A DNA stretch of 64,000 nucleotides from Chloroflexota bacterium (lineage in GTDB: Bacteria; Chloroflexota; UBA6077; FW602-bin22; JBCLEL01). Each line of letters starts with the position of its first letter. Within the stretch, counting starts at the first letter, position 1. The position numbers and the translations under genes were made by a program. Below, piece after piece: positions 54,852 through 64,000 of the stretch. The DNA lies in NCBI GenBank assembly GCA_963664835.2, contig CAXXUG010000011.1, positions 69,434 through 133,433 on the forward strand, given 5' to 3'. The notes beneath the pieces were generated by a model. It saw only the letters and a program-made list of their open reading frames with translations, was not told the origin of the DNA and searched no databases.

Positions 54852-55757
54852 CTAGCGTTCGCTGCCCTGGAGGGTGATGCCGGCCAGTTTCTCCAGGACC
54901 TGTATCTGGGCCTGGGTGCTCATCTGGCCGAGGCCGGCATCTCGCGCCTCCTGGAGGCATTGAGCGGCCAACGCGGTGCTCAGCAGCCGCACCCCGACGC
55001 TGTCTCCCAGATCCAGGGCGAGCCGGACATCCTTCAGCATGAGATCAATCATGAAACCGGGGTCGAAATCGCGCTCGAGAATCGACGGGCCGTGGGCCAT
55101 CAAAGTTCGGCTGGAGCCGGAGCTGTTCGCGACCACCTCGTAGAGGATGGCGGGATCGACGCCGGCTTTTGCGCCCATGACCAATCCCTCGAATACGCCC
55201 TGGGCGTTGATTGCGACCATCAGATTGTTCGCCAGCTTGACCACCGCTCCAGCGCCGAGAGGGCCGCAATGGTAGATGTTCTCGCCCATCGCGTCCAGCA
55301 CCGGCCGGACACGCTCCAATACCTGCGACTCGCCGCCGATCATTATCGACAGAGTCCCCGACTCGGCGCCGGCGGTCCCTCCGCTGATGGGGGCGTCCAG
55401 GTAGCCGACGCCGCGCTCGGCGGCCGCGGCCGCTATCTCTTTGTGAGTCTCGACGTCGATCGTGCTCATTTCAATCAGGACCGAGCCGGACGTTGACTCC
55501 TCCAGAACCCCACCTTCGTCCATACATACAGACCGGACGTCTGCCGGCCCGGGCAGGCAGGTAATTATCACGTCGGAGTTTCGCGCGACTTCGGCCGGGC
55601 CGGACGCCGGCGTTGCGCCGGCGCGCGCCAACTCATCGACCTTGGCCCGACTGCGATTGTGCACCGTGAGAGGGAAGCCGGCCTTGAGGATATTGTGCGC
55701 CATCGGCTTGCCCATGAGGCCTAGTCCGATGAATCCTACCCGTTGTGGCGTTGTCAT
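54852..55757 (-). CDS. NAD(P)-dependent 3-hydroxyisobutyrate-dehydrogenase-family oxidoreductase
   Basis: VGFIGLGLMGKPMAHNIL, DAPISGG, VKLANNLM. Confidence 0.9.
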   Translation of the reverse strand: MTTPQRVGFIGLGLMGKPMAHNILKAGFPLTVHNRSRAKVDELARAGATPASGPAEVARNSDVIITCLPGPADVRSVCMDEGGVLEESTSGSVLIEMSTIDVETHKEIAAAAAERGVGYLDAPISGGTAGAESGTLSIMIGGESQVLERVRPVLDAMGENIYHCGPLGAGAVVKLANNLMVAINAQGVFEGLVMGAKAGVDPAILYEVVANSSGSSRTLMAHGPSILERDFDPGFMIDLMLKDVRLALDLGDSVGVRLLSTALAAQCLQEARDAGLGQMSTQAQIQVLEKLAGITLQGSER

Positions 55758-55810
55758 TTGGTGGAGCCTCCGGTCGATAAGATGCGACGATTATATCAAC
55801 GCAAGTGGCG

Positions 55811-56404
55811 CTATCGCCTCCGTTTGCTTGACGATCCGTGGGCAATCTCGGCCAGCCTTCGCGTGACCTTTATATTACGGGTGGTGGCCTCCACTTTCAG
55901 TTGTTTCTCAAGGAAGTTGTTCGAAAACTGGACCCTTCCTTTGAATGCCCTATCGACTGATATGAATGCCTGCTCGCCAGCTACTAAGAATGACTCGTGT
56001 TGAGAGGAGCGGGAGGTCAACGCGGCGATAGCCGGCTCTTGCGGAGGTTGCGCAAGGAATGCGACGTATATCTTGTATGCGTCTTCATCGAGATTGCTGA
56101 ACGGGTTGCTTTCGACTATCCGGGACAATTGCTCGGGGGTTCTCAGGATCACGGTGACGTCGAATCCGAATTCGTCTCGTATGGCACGCCGAACGGTCTC
56201 TTCGAGTTTCTGAGTATCGGATATGTCAGAGTTGAAGAATACGTTGCCTGATTGAATGTGGGTAACCACGTCACGGAACCCGAGAGACTCCATGGTCTGC
56301 CGGAGATCGGCCATCCTTATGACCCTATGACCTCCGACGTTGATTGCTCTCAACAGTGCCAGGTGTCTACGCATTGACGCTATCCATAGTCTCGGGTGCT
56401 CCAT
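55811..56404 (-). CDS. DUF1697 family protein
   Basis: LALLRAINVGGHRVIRMADLR is the signature of this family. The start is uncertain (possibly ATG 56374). Confidence 0.8.
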   Translation of the reverse strand: MEHPRLWIASMRRHLALLRAINVGGHRVIRMADLRQTMESLGFRDVVTHIQSGNVFFNSDISDTQKLEETVRRAIRDEFGFDVTVILRTPEQLSRIVESNPFSNLDEDAYKIYVAFLAQPPQEPAIAALTSRSSQHESFLVAGEQAFISVDRAFKGRVQFSNNFLEKQLKVEATTRNIKVTRRLAEIAHGSSSKRRR

Positions 56405-56469
56405 GATTAGTCGCGTTTGGCGTACTTCGCCCGGTAACTAGCTACTATCTCATATCTTTCGGTCATCCG

Positions 56470-56616
56470 GGCTGGGGCCGGCGCACGAAGGTGTGAGAAA
56501 AGGTGCTCCGGTTGGCGGGTCTTCTATACAGTGGATCGGGACCAGGATTGGTTGGCGATCCGCCGGCAGCGGGGGACTAGCCCCTCGCCTCGCATAGTGT
56601 TCGACCGCGCTACATT
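56470..56616 (-). repeat. Intergenic structured repeat, copy B (inverted relative to copy A)
   Basis: See copy A. The core is at 56568-56616 and the second block at 56491-56529. Confidence 0.6.
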
Positions 56617-56749
56617 CCCCGTCCCGACCACTCGGAATTAGATCGATGGACGATGCTGCGAATACCGTTGTCGTAACATTACCGGCGCGGGTTTGGAACC
56701 GCACATTTTCGAAAGAAACACAGAGGTTTGGGCGAGTAGGAGAAAACCG

Positions 56750-57412
56750 ATGACTAGAGCGGACCTGTCCCTGGTCCACGAGATTCAGGAACCCGAGGGC
56801 GAAGCCGGCAGCGGCAAGCCGGCCCTTATTATGCTTCACGGCCGCGGCGCGGACGAGCGCGATCTGCTTGGGCTGGCCGGGCACTTCGATCGGCGATTAC
56901 TGGCGATCAGCGCCCGGGCGCCTTACGTGCTGGGGCCAGGCTATCACTGGTACGAGCTGCGCCAGATCGCCGAGCCGGAACCTCGGAGCTTTGCGCGGAG
57001 CGTGCAGACGCTTCTGAAGTTCATCGACGAGGTGCCCGATGCGTATGGGGTCGATCGCGACCAGGTTTATCTGCTTGGGTTCAGCCAGGGCGCCACTATG
57101 ACCGGCGCGGTTGGGCTGACGGAGCCGACCCGCATTGCCGGCGCGGTAATGCTGAGCGGATACCTGCCGCTGGATTCGGGGTTCGAGATAGACCGCTCCG
57201 CGTTGGCCGGCCGCTCGTTCTTCATCGGCCACGGGAGTATGGACGAGATTATACCGGTTTCGTTGGGCCGGTTGGCGAACGACTATCTGACCGGCGTCGA
57301 GGCAGACCTGACCTACAATGAGTACGCGATGGGCCACCAGATCGCCTGGCCGGAGATCGAGCAGATTGGCGCGTGGCTGACGGAACGCTTGGATAGAGCG
57401 GAGCGGGAGTGA
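56750..57412 (+). CDS. Alpha/beta hydrolase (phospholipase/carboxylesterase family)
   Basis: AGGAG SD before ATG 56750. Nucleophile elbow GFSQGA, with a late catalytic His context GHGSMDEI...H. Confidence 0.85.
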   Translation: MTRADLSLVHEIQEPEGEAGSGKPALIMLHGRGADERDLLGLAGHFDRRLLAISARAPYVLGPGYHWYELRQIAEPEPRSFARSVQTLLKFIDEVPDAYGVDRDQVYLLGFSQGATMTGAVGLTEPTRIAGAVMLSGYLPLDSGFEIDRSALAGRSFFIGHGSMDEIIPVSLGRLANDYLTGVEADLTYNEYAMGHQIAWPEIEQIGAWLTERLDRAERE

Positions 57413-57503
57413 CGGCGGCAAGGGACGACTAGTTTAGGGGCTGGTGCGGGGCCTTCTACAGGGTCGTCTCGCGGGTTGTCTTATATAGTACACTGAGGAC
57501 GAT

Positions 57504-60131
57504 ATGCCACGACGCAAGAAGGCACAAACCAAGCGGCCGATAGAGTCGTACGACCACCGGGACAAGGAGCGCCTCAATAACCCGCCGGTGGGTCTCGTTA
57601 CGCCGGATACCGACAAAGACGCCGGCAAGAAGGCCTACGCCTACGATCCACATCTGGACCCACAGTTGCAATGGGCGGGCAAGGGGGAGCACACCTCTTT
57701 TGAAGTGCCGACCGTGTCGTTACACGTGCACGAGCGCATAGACCCACGCACGATCATCGAGGCCGTGCGCAAGCGGAACGGCGACGCGGGACTTCTGCAG
57801 GGAAGTCTTTGGGAGCTACCTGAGGAGAACCCACCGGTCCGAGAAGCCATCGAGTTCTACCGGCACCGGCACAACTGGACTAACCGTCTCGTCGCCGGCG
57901 ACAGCCTGCTGGTTATGAACAGCCTTCTAGAGAAGGAGGGCATGACCGGCAAGGTGCAGATGGTGTATATCGACCCGCCCTATGGCATCCGCTACGGCTC
58001 CAACTTCCAGCCGTTCGTCAACAAACGCGGCGTGACAGACGGCCGCGACGACGACTTAACCAATGAGCCGGAACAAATACGTGCATTCCGCGACACCTGG
58101 GAGTTGGGCATCCACTCCTACCTCAGCTACCTGCGGGACCGCCTACTGCTCGCGAGAGGATTGCTGGTGAATAGTGGTTCGTGTTTTGTCCAGATTAGCG
58201 ACGAGAACCTCCACCGTGTGCGGATGTTAATGGATGAAGTATTTGGGGTTGACAACTTCGTCGGCGTGATTTCTTTTACTAAAGCATCTGCTCAAAGCTC
58301 GAACTACCTCTCCACGTCATCCGACTATTTGATTTGGTATAGCCGCGAGAAATCTCAGTTGAAGTATCGTCCTCTTTTCCTCGACAAAATATCCGGGCAG
58401 GCTGGTGCAACAAACTATACGAACATAGAATCCAGTAGCGGTGAGACGTGGCGTCGAATGAGCCGCCAAGAACAAGATACTCCGTCGGTCATCCCCCAAG
58501 GCTGGAAAGTCTTCTCTTTGGACAACCTCTACGGGACACGGCCACCGAATCCTTCCGATTTGGGGCCATACGTTTTTAACGGTAAAACTTATAACGGCGA
58601 CAAGCGACGCTGCTGGAAAACTGATAAGAAGGGATTAGACCATCTTGCTATTGCCGGGAGATTGAGGCAATCTGGCAGAGGTTTGTATTACAAGAGATAC
58701 TTTAAAGACTTTCCTGTCTATCCTATGACAACCAATTGGACGGATACCGCTAGCAGTTTTATGGCAGATAAAGTGTATGCTGTTCAGACCACGACTAAAG
58801 TAATCCAGCGATGTGTTCTGATGACCACGGACCCTGGGGACCTCGTATTCGACCCTACCTGTGGCTCTGGCACAACAGCATTCGTAGCCGAACAGTGGGG
58901 CCGGCGCTGGATTACATGTGACACGTCAAGGGTGGCCATTGCCATCGCCCAGCAGCGGCTCATGACCGCAACCTACGACTACTACGAGCTAGCTCACGCG
59001 GACGAGGGAGTTGGCAGCGGCTTTAGCTACAAGACAGTGCCCCACGTCACTCTGGGTTCAATCGCGAACAACCCGGAGATCAAGGAGGGCATGACCCAAA
59101 CGGAGATCGATACTGCTATCGCTCGGCACGCGCCCCAGGAGACATTGTACGACCAGCCTTTGGTAGACAACAGCAAGAAGCGGGTAAGCGGTCCATTCAG
59201 CGTGGAGGCAGTGCCCGCCCCCGTCGTAAAGCCTCTTGACGAGATTGCAGACGGAGTACCGCCCGCCGACGACACAGTGGCGCGCGCCGGGGAGACGCTG
59301 CGGCAGTCGGACTGGCGGGACGAACTACTCAGGACCGGCATCCGGGGCAAGGCGGATCAGTTCATCCAATTTGCGCGGCTGGAGCCATTGCCGGGCTGCC
59401 GGCACCTGCACGCCGACGGACAGACGCGTCCAAACGACCGCGGCACCAACTACATCCGGGAAGGAGGCGCGGCTGCCGCAACCCAGCGGCTCGTCGTATC
59501 GTTCGGCCCCGATCATGCGCCGTTAGAGCAGCGCCAAGTGGAACTCGCCATCATGGATGCGCAGACGTTAGTGCCCAAGCCGAAGGTAATAGTATTTGCC
59601 GCCTTCCAGTTCGATCCCGAGGCGGCCAAGGACATCGACGAGACCAACTGGCCGGGCGTGACGCTGTTGAAGGCTCAGATGAACGCTGATCTGCTCACCG
59701 ACGACTTAAAGAAAAAACGTGCCAGCAACGAGAGCTTTTGGCTTATCGGACAGCCGGATGTCGTGCTGCATCAGATTAGCAAAGGCTATAGTATCGGCAA
59801 ATGGCAAGTGTACGTGCGCGGGTTCGATTATTACAACACCAAGACCGGCGACGTCGAATCGGGAGGGGAGGACAAGATAGCGATGTGGCTCCTGGATCCG
59901 GACTATGACGGTCGGAGCCTATTTCCGCGTCAGGTGTTCTTTCCCATGGCCGGTGCTAACGATGGGTGGGCGCGATTGGCCCGCAATCTGAAAGCGGAAA
60001 TCGACGACGACCTTATCGACGCCTACCGAGGCACAGTCTCTTTGCCGTTTGAGGCCGGCGATCATAGGCGAATCGCCGTCAAGATCGTAGACGACCGTGG
60101 CATCGAGAGCCTCCGCATCCTGACGATCTGA
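57504..60131 (+). CDS. mod: Type III-like R-M DNA methyltransferase (beta-class N6A/N4C, Mod)
   Basis: Motif IV VYIDPPYG (nt 57972-57983) precedes motif I FDPTCGSGTTAF (nt 58788-58811). An AT-richer putative target-recognition segment lies between them. 875 aa. Confidence 0.88.
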   Translation: MPRRKKAQTKRPIESYDHRDKERLNNPPVGLVTPDTDKDAGKKAYAYDPHLDPQLQWAGKGEHTSFEVPTVSLHVHERIDPRTIIEAVRKRNGDAGLLQGSLWELPEENPPVREAIEFYRHRHNWTNRLVAGDSLLVMNSLLEKEGMTGKVQMVYIDPPYGIRYGSNFQPFVNKRGVTDGRDDDLTNEPEQIRAFRDTWELGIHSYLSYLRDRLLLARGLLVNSGSCFVQISDENLHRVRMLMDEVFGVDNFVGVISFTKASAQSSNYLSTSSDYLIWYSREKSQLKYRPLFLDKISGQAGATNYTNIESSSGETWRRMSRQEQDTPSVIPQGWKVFSLDNLYGTRPPNPSDLGPYVFNGKTYNGDKRRCWKTDKKGLDHLAIAGRLRQSGRGLYYKRYFKDFPVYPMTTNWTDTASSFMADKVYAVQTTTKVIQRCVLMTTDPGDLVFDPTCGSGTTAFVAEQWGRRWITCDTSRVAIAIAQQRLMTATYDYYELAHADEGVGSGFSYKTVPHVTLGSIANNPEIKEGMTQTEIDTAIARHAPQETLYDQPLVDNSKKRVSGPFSVEAVPAPVVKPLDEIADGVPPADDTVARAGETLRQSDWRDELLRTGIRGKADQFIQFARLEPLPGCRHLHADGQTRPNDRGTNYIREGGAAAATQRLVVSFGPDHAPLEQRQVELAIMDAQTLVPKPKVIVFAAFQFDPEAAKDIDETNWPGVTLLKAQMNADLLTDDLKKKRASNESFWLIGQPDVVLHQISKGYSIGKWQVYVRGFDYYNTKTGDVESGGEDKIAMWLLDPDYDGRSLFPRQVFFPMAGANDGWARLARNLKAEIDDDLIDAYRGTVSLPFEAGDHRRIAVKIVDDRGIESLRILTI

Positions 60132-60142
60132 GAACGGGATTC

Positions 60143-61417
60143 ATGCTGACAGAATTGAAGCTCTCGAATTTCAGAATCTTCGACGACGAAGTCACTGTCC
60201 GATTCAGGCCGATTACTGTTCTCATTGGTCGAAATAGTTCGGGAAAGTCGTCGATCATAAAATTTCTTCTGATGCTGCAACAGTCACTTGGCCCCGGCAT
60301 GCCTCAGTTCCTCTCTCCCGAGGGAGATAGGGTTAAATTGGGCGTTTTCTCAGAACTTAAGAACTCGCTGACTCGCAAGAAAAACCTCAAGTTTGAACTA
60401 ACTGCAAAGAGTCCAACAACTCATCCTGGCGTTGTCATATTTCGAACCTTGCGCCTACGCGAAAATGTAGACTTCAGCAAACTGCTATTCAAGACCAATG
60501 CCACGGTGTCCTACGGCAAGAAAACTAGGAGAGGGCATGCCCGTCACTGGTTAGCCCATGAAAGCGAAGGCGCCAACTTCCTAAAAGTAGCTACCGAGAT
60601 TCTTGATGACTCTACTTTTTTGGATCAGGCAACCGATGTTTGGGACCAAGGTGATAAGTCACTCGAACGCCTTAAGGAATCGTTCGCTCGTTCTTTTGCG
60701 GAGCATCAACTCCTAGACACGTTGCGCTATCAGCTCAACTCAATTCGTCATCTCTCACCGGTTAGAGATGAGTCCCAAAGAGTCATCATTGCATCCCCTC
60801 CTCCGATCGATTACGTGGGGCAGAGAGGACAGTATGTCTTACCCCATCTCCAGCAGATGACAACCGAATACAAGGATAGATACGATTTCATTTTGCCGCA
60901 CCTAGATACCGTAGCGGGTATCGGGGATATTGAGTTCAAGAAATCAACAGGATACGTGAGTCAGGCCTTCGCACGAAACAAAGCGACTGGGGCAGACGTG
61001 CTCATAGCGGACTATGGATTCGGAGTGAGTCAGTGCCTGCCAATTTTCGTTCAGGGCGCCGTGATGCCTCGATATACTGCGTTGATGGTCGAGCAACCCG
61101 AAGCCCAGCTTCACCCCACGGCTCAACTTGAAATGGGAAGTTTTTTTGCCGATCTGTGGAGAAAACGAAGAGTCGAGTCCATCATCGAGACCCATAGCGA
61201 TAACATACTTCTCAGACTACGACGACTGATCGCGAATGGGCAACTTTCTCACGAAGATGTTTCAGTGGCGTTCTTTACGTTCGATCCGGAATACGAAAAT
61301 ATGCCGATTGTCAAGAACCTAGACATCAACGAAGACGGCTCCATGCAGCCTGGCCTGCCAATGGAATTCTTTGGCGCCGATGTCATAGAAGGACTGAGCC
61401 TCGGAGCGCGGGTTTGA
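60143..61417 (+). CDS. ABC-type/AAA ATPase with a DUF3696-like C-terminus
   Basis: Walker A GRNSSGKSS (nt 60227-60253), Walker-B-like ALMVEQPEAQLHP, and H-loop region IETHSDNILLRLRRLI. It starts 11 nt after mod. Confidence 0.85.
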   Translation: MLTELKLSNFRIFDDEVTVRFRPITVLIGRNSSGKSSIIKFLLMLQQSLGPGMPQFLSPEGDRVKLGVFSELKNSLTRKKNLKFELTAKSPTTHPGVVIFRTLRLRENVDFSKLLFKTNATVSYGKKTRRGHARHWLAHESEGANFLKVATEILDDSTFLDQATDVWDQGDKSLERLKESFARSFAEHQLLDTLRYQLNSIRHLSPVRDESQRVIIASPPPIDYVGQRGQYVLPHLQQMTTEYKDRYDFILPHLDTVAGIGDIEFKKSTGYVSQAFARNKATGADVLIADYGFGVSQCLPIFVQGAVMPRYTALMVEQPEAQLHPTAQLEMGSFFADLWRKRRVESIIETHSDNILLRLRRLIANGQLSHEDVSVAFFTFDPEYENMPIVKNLDINEDGSMQPGLPMEFFGADVIEGLSLGARV

Positions 61418-61983
61418 CCAGCGCGTTTTTTGAAGAATGCGTGGCAATTGACACTAACGTGTTTGAGCACCTATTGAATCCTCAAGTTAATACTGAATCG
61501 CACATAAGCGGTTTGCTCCAAGATCTTCAAAGACAAGAAATCGCCCTTATTCTCGATGATAAGAAACGTGTCTCGGGCGAGTATGAGAACCGCATCACGC
61601 CTGCCATCCGCAATGCTGATGTTATGCGCGCAGAATTGCCCATTCTGCGTTATTGGTTTTTGGATGCACCACGACTCGAAGTCCCCCTAGACTTGCGTGA
61701 CCAGCTTATGCAAACGATCAAAGCAGTGATTAATGAATCTTCTGAGAGCGTGGATAGGATTCTTGTCTATGTGGCCTTCAAGAAGGGAAAAACTCTCATT
61801 ACCAATGATGAGACTCATATAGTAATGGGACCACCTACGGAGCAAGCGCAAGCTCCGCGACGGGCCAGACTGCTGCGTCGCACGAAGAAAATACGAGCGG
61901 CAGGATCTTGCATTTTGACCTCTAAAGAAGCGTACACAGAGATTAATCGATGTCCCACACCACCATCGATCGACTCATCGTAA
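61414..61983 (+). CDS. PIN-like domain protein (putative nuclease)
   Basis: The N-terminal VAIDTNVFEHL carries the first PIN acidic residue (D13, nt 61450-61452). A late LITNDETH motif is also present. The TTG start overlaps the ATPase stop (TTGA). The 3' end overlaps the res start by 34 nt. Confidence 0.6.
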   Translation: MTSAFFEECVAIDTNVFEHLLNPQVNTESHISGLLQDLQRQEIALILDDKKRVSGEYENRITPAIRNADVMRAELPILRYWFLDAPRLEVPLDLRDQLMQTIKAVINESSESVDRILVYVAFKKGKTLITNDETHIVMGPPTEQAQAPRRARLLRRTKKIRAAGSCILTSKEAYTEINRCPTPPSIDSS

Positions 61984-64000
61984 ACTCACCGTATGCAGAG
62001 CCGAAACGGCACTGGGTATATGAGCGTGAGACACGGCTATTCGATCTCGCAACGGGCCGGCGTCCCGCCGGGTACCTGATAGCGTCGGGTGACTCCAAGA
62101 GCTTCGACGACCCTGGTGTGTTCGTGGAGATTCCTCTGGTAAACCGGATTCGGCAGCGGGTGCGGGCATGGCGTGAGGCCGGATATCCAGGCGTGACCAG
62201 TATCACAAAGCGCCTGCTGGAATTTTGGACGGACACAGAGGAGTTCGACGCGCGCCGCTTCTTCTTCTGCCAACTGGAAGCGGCGGAGACACTGATATGG
62301 CTCACCGAAGCGCCGGTTGCTGAGAGGGTGGGCATCTACGTACCCTCGGACGGTGGCGACTTTGAGCGTCTCTGTTCCAAGATGGCGACCGGATCGGGAA
62401 AGACGGTCGTCATGGCCATGATCATCGCTTGGCACTTACTGAACAAGGTCACCTATCCCCAGGACACTCGATTCTCCAAGAATGTTCTGGTGGTCGCGCC
62501 CGGCCTGACGGTCAAGAGCCGCCTCGCCGTCCTGGAGCCGTCACATCCTGAGAACTATTACGAGGCGTTCCGTGTGGTGCCATCACCTCTACTAGATCAG
62601 CTCCGGCAAGGTAAGGTCATCATTCGTAACTGGCATGCGCTCAACTGGGAGACGGACGAGCAGATCAACAAGAAGCGCAGCGTCGACAAACGCGGAGCCA
62701 AGAGTGATGAAGCATACGTTAGAGACGTTCTAGGTGAGATGGCTAACGCGAACAACTTGTTGGTCGTCAACGATGAGGCACACCACGCTTGGCGCGTTCC
62801 GGCTGAGTCCAAGGTCAAGGGTGTTGCCAAGTCCGACATCGAGGAAGCGACCAAGTGGGTCGGCGGTCTTGATCGGATTCACCGAGCACGCGGGATTCTA
62901 ACGTGTTACGATTTCTCAGCTACGCCGTTCGCTCCATCCGGCAGGAGAAGCTCGGAGGAGGCGTTGTTCAACTGGATAGTGAGCGACTTTGGGTTGAACG
63001 ATGCCATAGAGTCCGGGTTGGTCAAGACACCACGGGTCGTAGTCCGCGACGATGGGCAACTGGATGCTACGACCTTCAAATCACGCCTATACCACATCTA
63101 CAACGATCCGGAAGTTAAGGACGACCTGAACCGCAAGGCTGAACCCCACGAGCCTCTACCTGACCTCGTAAATAACGGATATTACCTGCTCGGGTACGAC
63201 TGGAGGGAAACGGCGAGGAGTTGGCAAAACGCTGGATTCAAGACGCCACCGGTTATGATCACGGTCGCGAACCGCACCGAAACAGCAGCAAGAGTTAAAT
63301 TCGCTTTTGACCGCAAAAGGGTTTTGATCGACGAACTGTGTGAACGTGAACGCACACTGCACATCGATTCCAAGGTGCTGAAGCGTGCCGAGGAATCCGA
63401 AGAGCCAATTGCCAGGGTAGTTGCGAACACCGACGCCGCGAGTAATGGCGCAGCCGTTCAGAAGCTGACCGCAGACCAGAGGGCCGAGCAACTGCGCCGG
63501 ATGGTGGATACGGTGGGCCGGCCGGGGCAGCCCGGTGAGGAGATACAGAACGTCATTTCCGTGGGAATGCTGTCCGAAGGATGGGACGCAAAGACTGTCA
63601 CGCACATTATGGGCTTGCGTGCGTTTACGAGTCAGCTTCTGTGCGAGCAGGTGGTGGGACGAGGTCTGCGCCGCACGGCCTACGACGTGAACCCTGAGAC
63701 GGACCTATTCGAACCTGAGTATGTCAACATATTCGGTGTCCCGTTCACGTTTCTTCCGCACGAGTCTGATGATAGTGTCGTACCGAAGCCTCCGACACCC
63801 AAGACCGCGATCGAGCCGGTGCCGGATAGGGCCGAGCTCGAGATTACGTGGCCCAACATCTTGCGAGTCGAGCACGTCTACCGGCCACGACTCCTTCTCG
63901 ATTGGGAGAAGGTTAGTCCCTTGGAGCTAAACGCCAACCAGACCGCGGAGTTCGCCGAACTCGCGCCAATTGTCGCTGGGAAGCCCGACATCTCAAGAAT
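61950..64000 (+). CDS. res: Type III-like restriction enzyme Res subunit (SF2 helicase), 3'-partial at the window edge
   Basis: The frame is open from ATG 61950 to the end of the window, so it is not in the supplied track. N-terminus MSHTTIDRLIVNSPYAEPKRHW. Walker A is KMATGSGKT, motif II is VVNDEAHHAW, and motif VI is EQVVGRGLRR. Confidence 0.85.
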   Translation, partial: MSHTTIDRLIVNSPYAEPKRHWVYERETRLFDLATGRRPAGYLIASGDSKSFDDPGVFVEIPLVNRIRQRVRAWREAGYPGVTSITKRLLEFWTDTEEFDARRFFFCQLEAAETLIWLTEAPVAERVGIYVPSDGGDFERLCSKMATGSGKTVVMAMIIAWHLLNKVTYPQDTRFSKNVLVVAPGLTVKSRLAVLEPSHPENYYEAFRVVPSPLLDQLRQGKVIIRNWHALNWETDEQINKKRSVDKRGAKSDEAYVRDVLGEMANANNLLVVNDEAHHAWRVPAESKVKGVAKSDIEEATKWVGGLDRIHRARGILTCYDFSATPFAPSGRRSSEEALFNWIVSDFGLNDAIESGLVKTPRVVVRDDGQLDATTFKSRLYHIYNDPEVKDDLNRKAEPHEPLPDLVNNGYYLLGYDWRETARSWQNAGFKTPPVMITVANRTETAARVKFAFDRKRVLIDELCERERTLHIDSKVLKRAEESEEPIARVVANTDAASNGAAVQKLTADQRAEQLRRMVDTVGRPGQPGEEIQNVISVGMLSEGWDAKTVTHIMGLRAFTSQLLCEQVVGRGLRRTAYDVNPETDLFEPEYVNIFGVPFTFLPHESDDSVVPKPPTPKTAIEPVPDRAELEITWPNILRVEHVYRPRLLLDWEKVSPLELNANQTAEFAELAPIVAGKPDISR

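Noticed and set aside
1-64000. An eye scan for rRNA, tRNA (T-loop GGTTCGAATCC-like strings in the intergenic gaps), tmRNA/RNase P/SRP consensus boxes and CRISPR repeat-spacer periodicity.
   Set aside because: None were recognised. This manual scan is not equivalent to running tRNAscan-SE, Infernal or a CRISPR finder.

Overview
High-GC bacterial chromosomal window with about 50 genes. No rRNA, tRNA or CRISPR array was recognised by eye. The gene style (a TAT-lipoprotein solute-binding protein with a long acidic tether, many cytoplasmic glycosidase-like and PhyH paralogs) suggests a Chloroflexota-like organism, but that is inference only.

Layout:
- 1-22 kb: one co-directional block. It holds a PhyH oxygenase and a CUT1-type ABC importer with no ATPase gene. 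Next come a flavin-dependent halogenase-like protein fused to a PqqD/RRE-like domain and a SEC-C zinc motif, then two C45 Ntn-hydrolase paralogs plus a third degraded copy. These are followed by four tandem ~2.5 kb GH2-like paralogs and a CRTAC1/ASPIC-UnbV protein with an unusual membrane N-terminus.
- 22-25 kb: a decay zone with gene remnants and an IS1182-family element inserted into a palindrome.
- 25-57 kb: mostly housekeeping and accessory genes. These include rmuC, comM/yifB, folD, TrkA, Usp, MFS, a P1B ATPase, aldo-keto reductases, a sulfite-oxidase-like enzyme, a BNR sialidase-like protein and cytochrome c. Several genes here are disrupted.
- 57.5-64 kb: a Type III-like restriction-modification operon. 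An AT-richer ABC-type ATPase + PIN-domain gene pair sits between mod and res.

Strongest leads:
1. The ATPase-PIN cassette embedded in the R-M operon, a candidate new defence module.
2. The halogenase-RRE-SEC-C / C45 / four-fold GH2-like block. Two of its four GH2-like copies have the catalytic acid/base Glu replaced by Gly.
3. A Bcp/PrxQ-type peroxiredoxin whose peroxidatic Cys codon is an in-frame TGA followed by a SECIS-like hairpin.
4. A ~150 nt structured intergenic repeat present twice in opposite orientation.

All functional calls come from motif recognition by eye. No database search was run.
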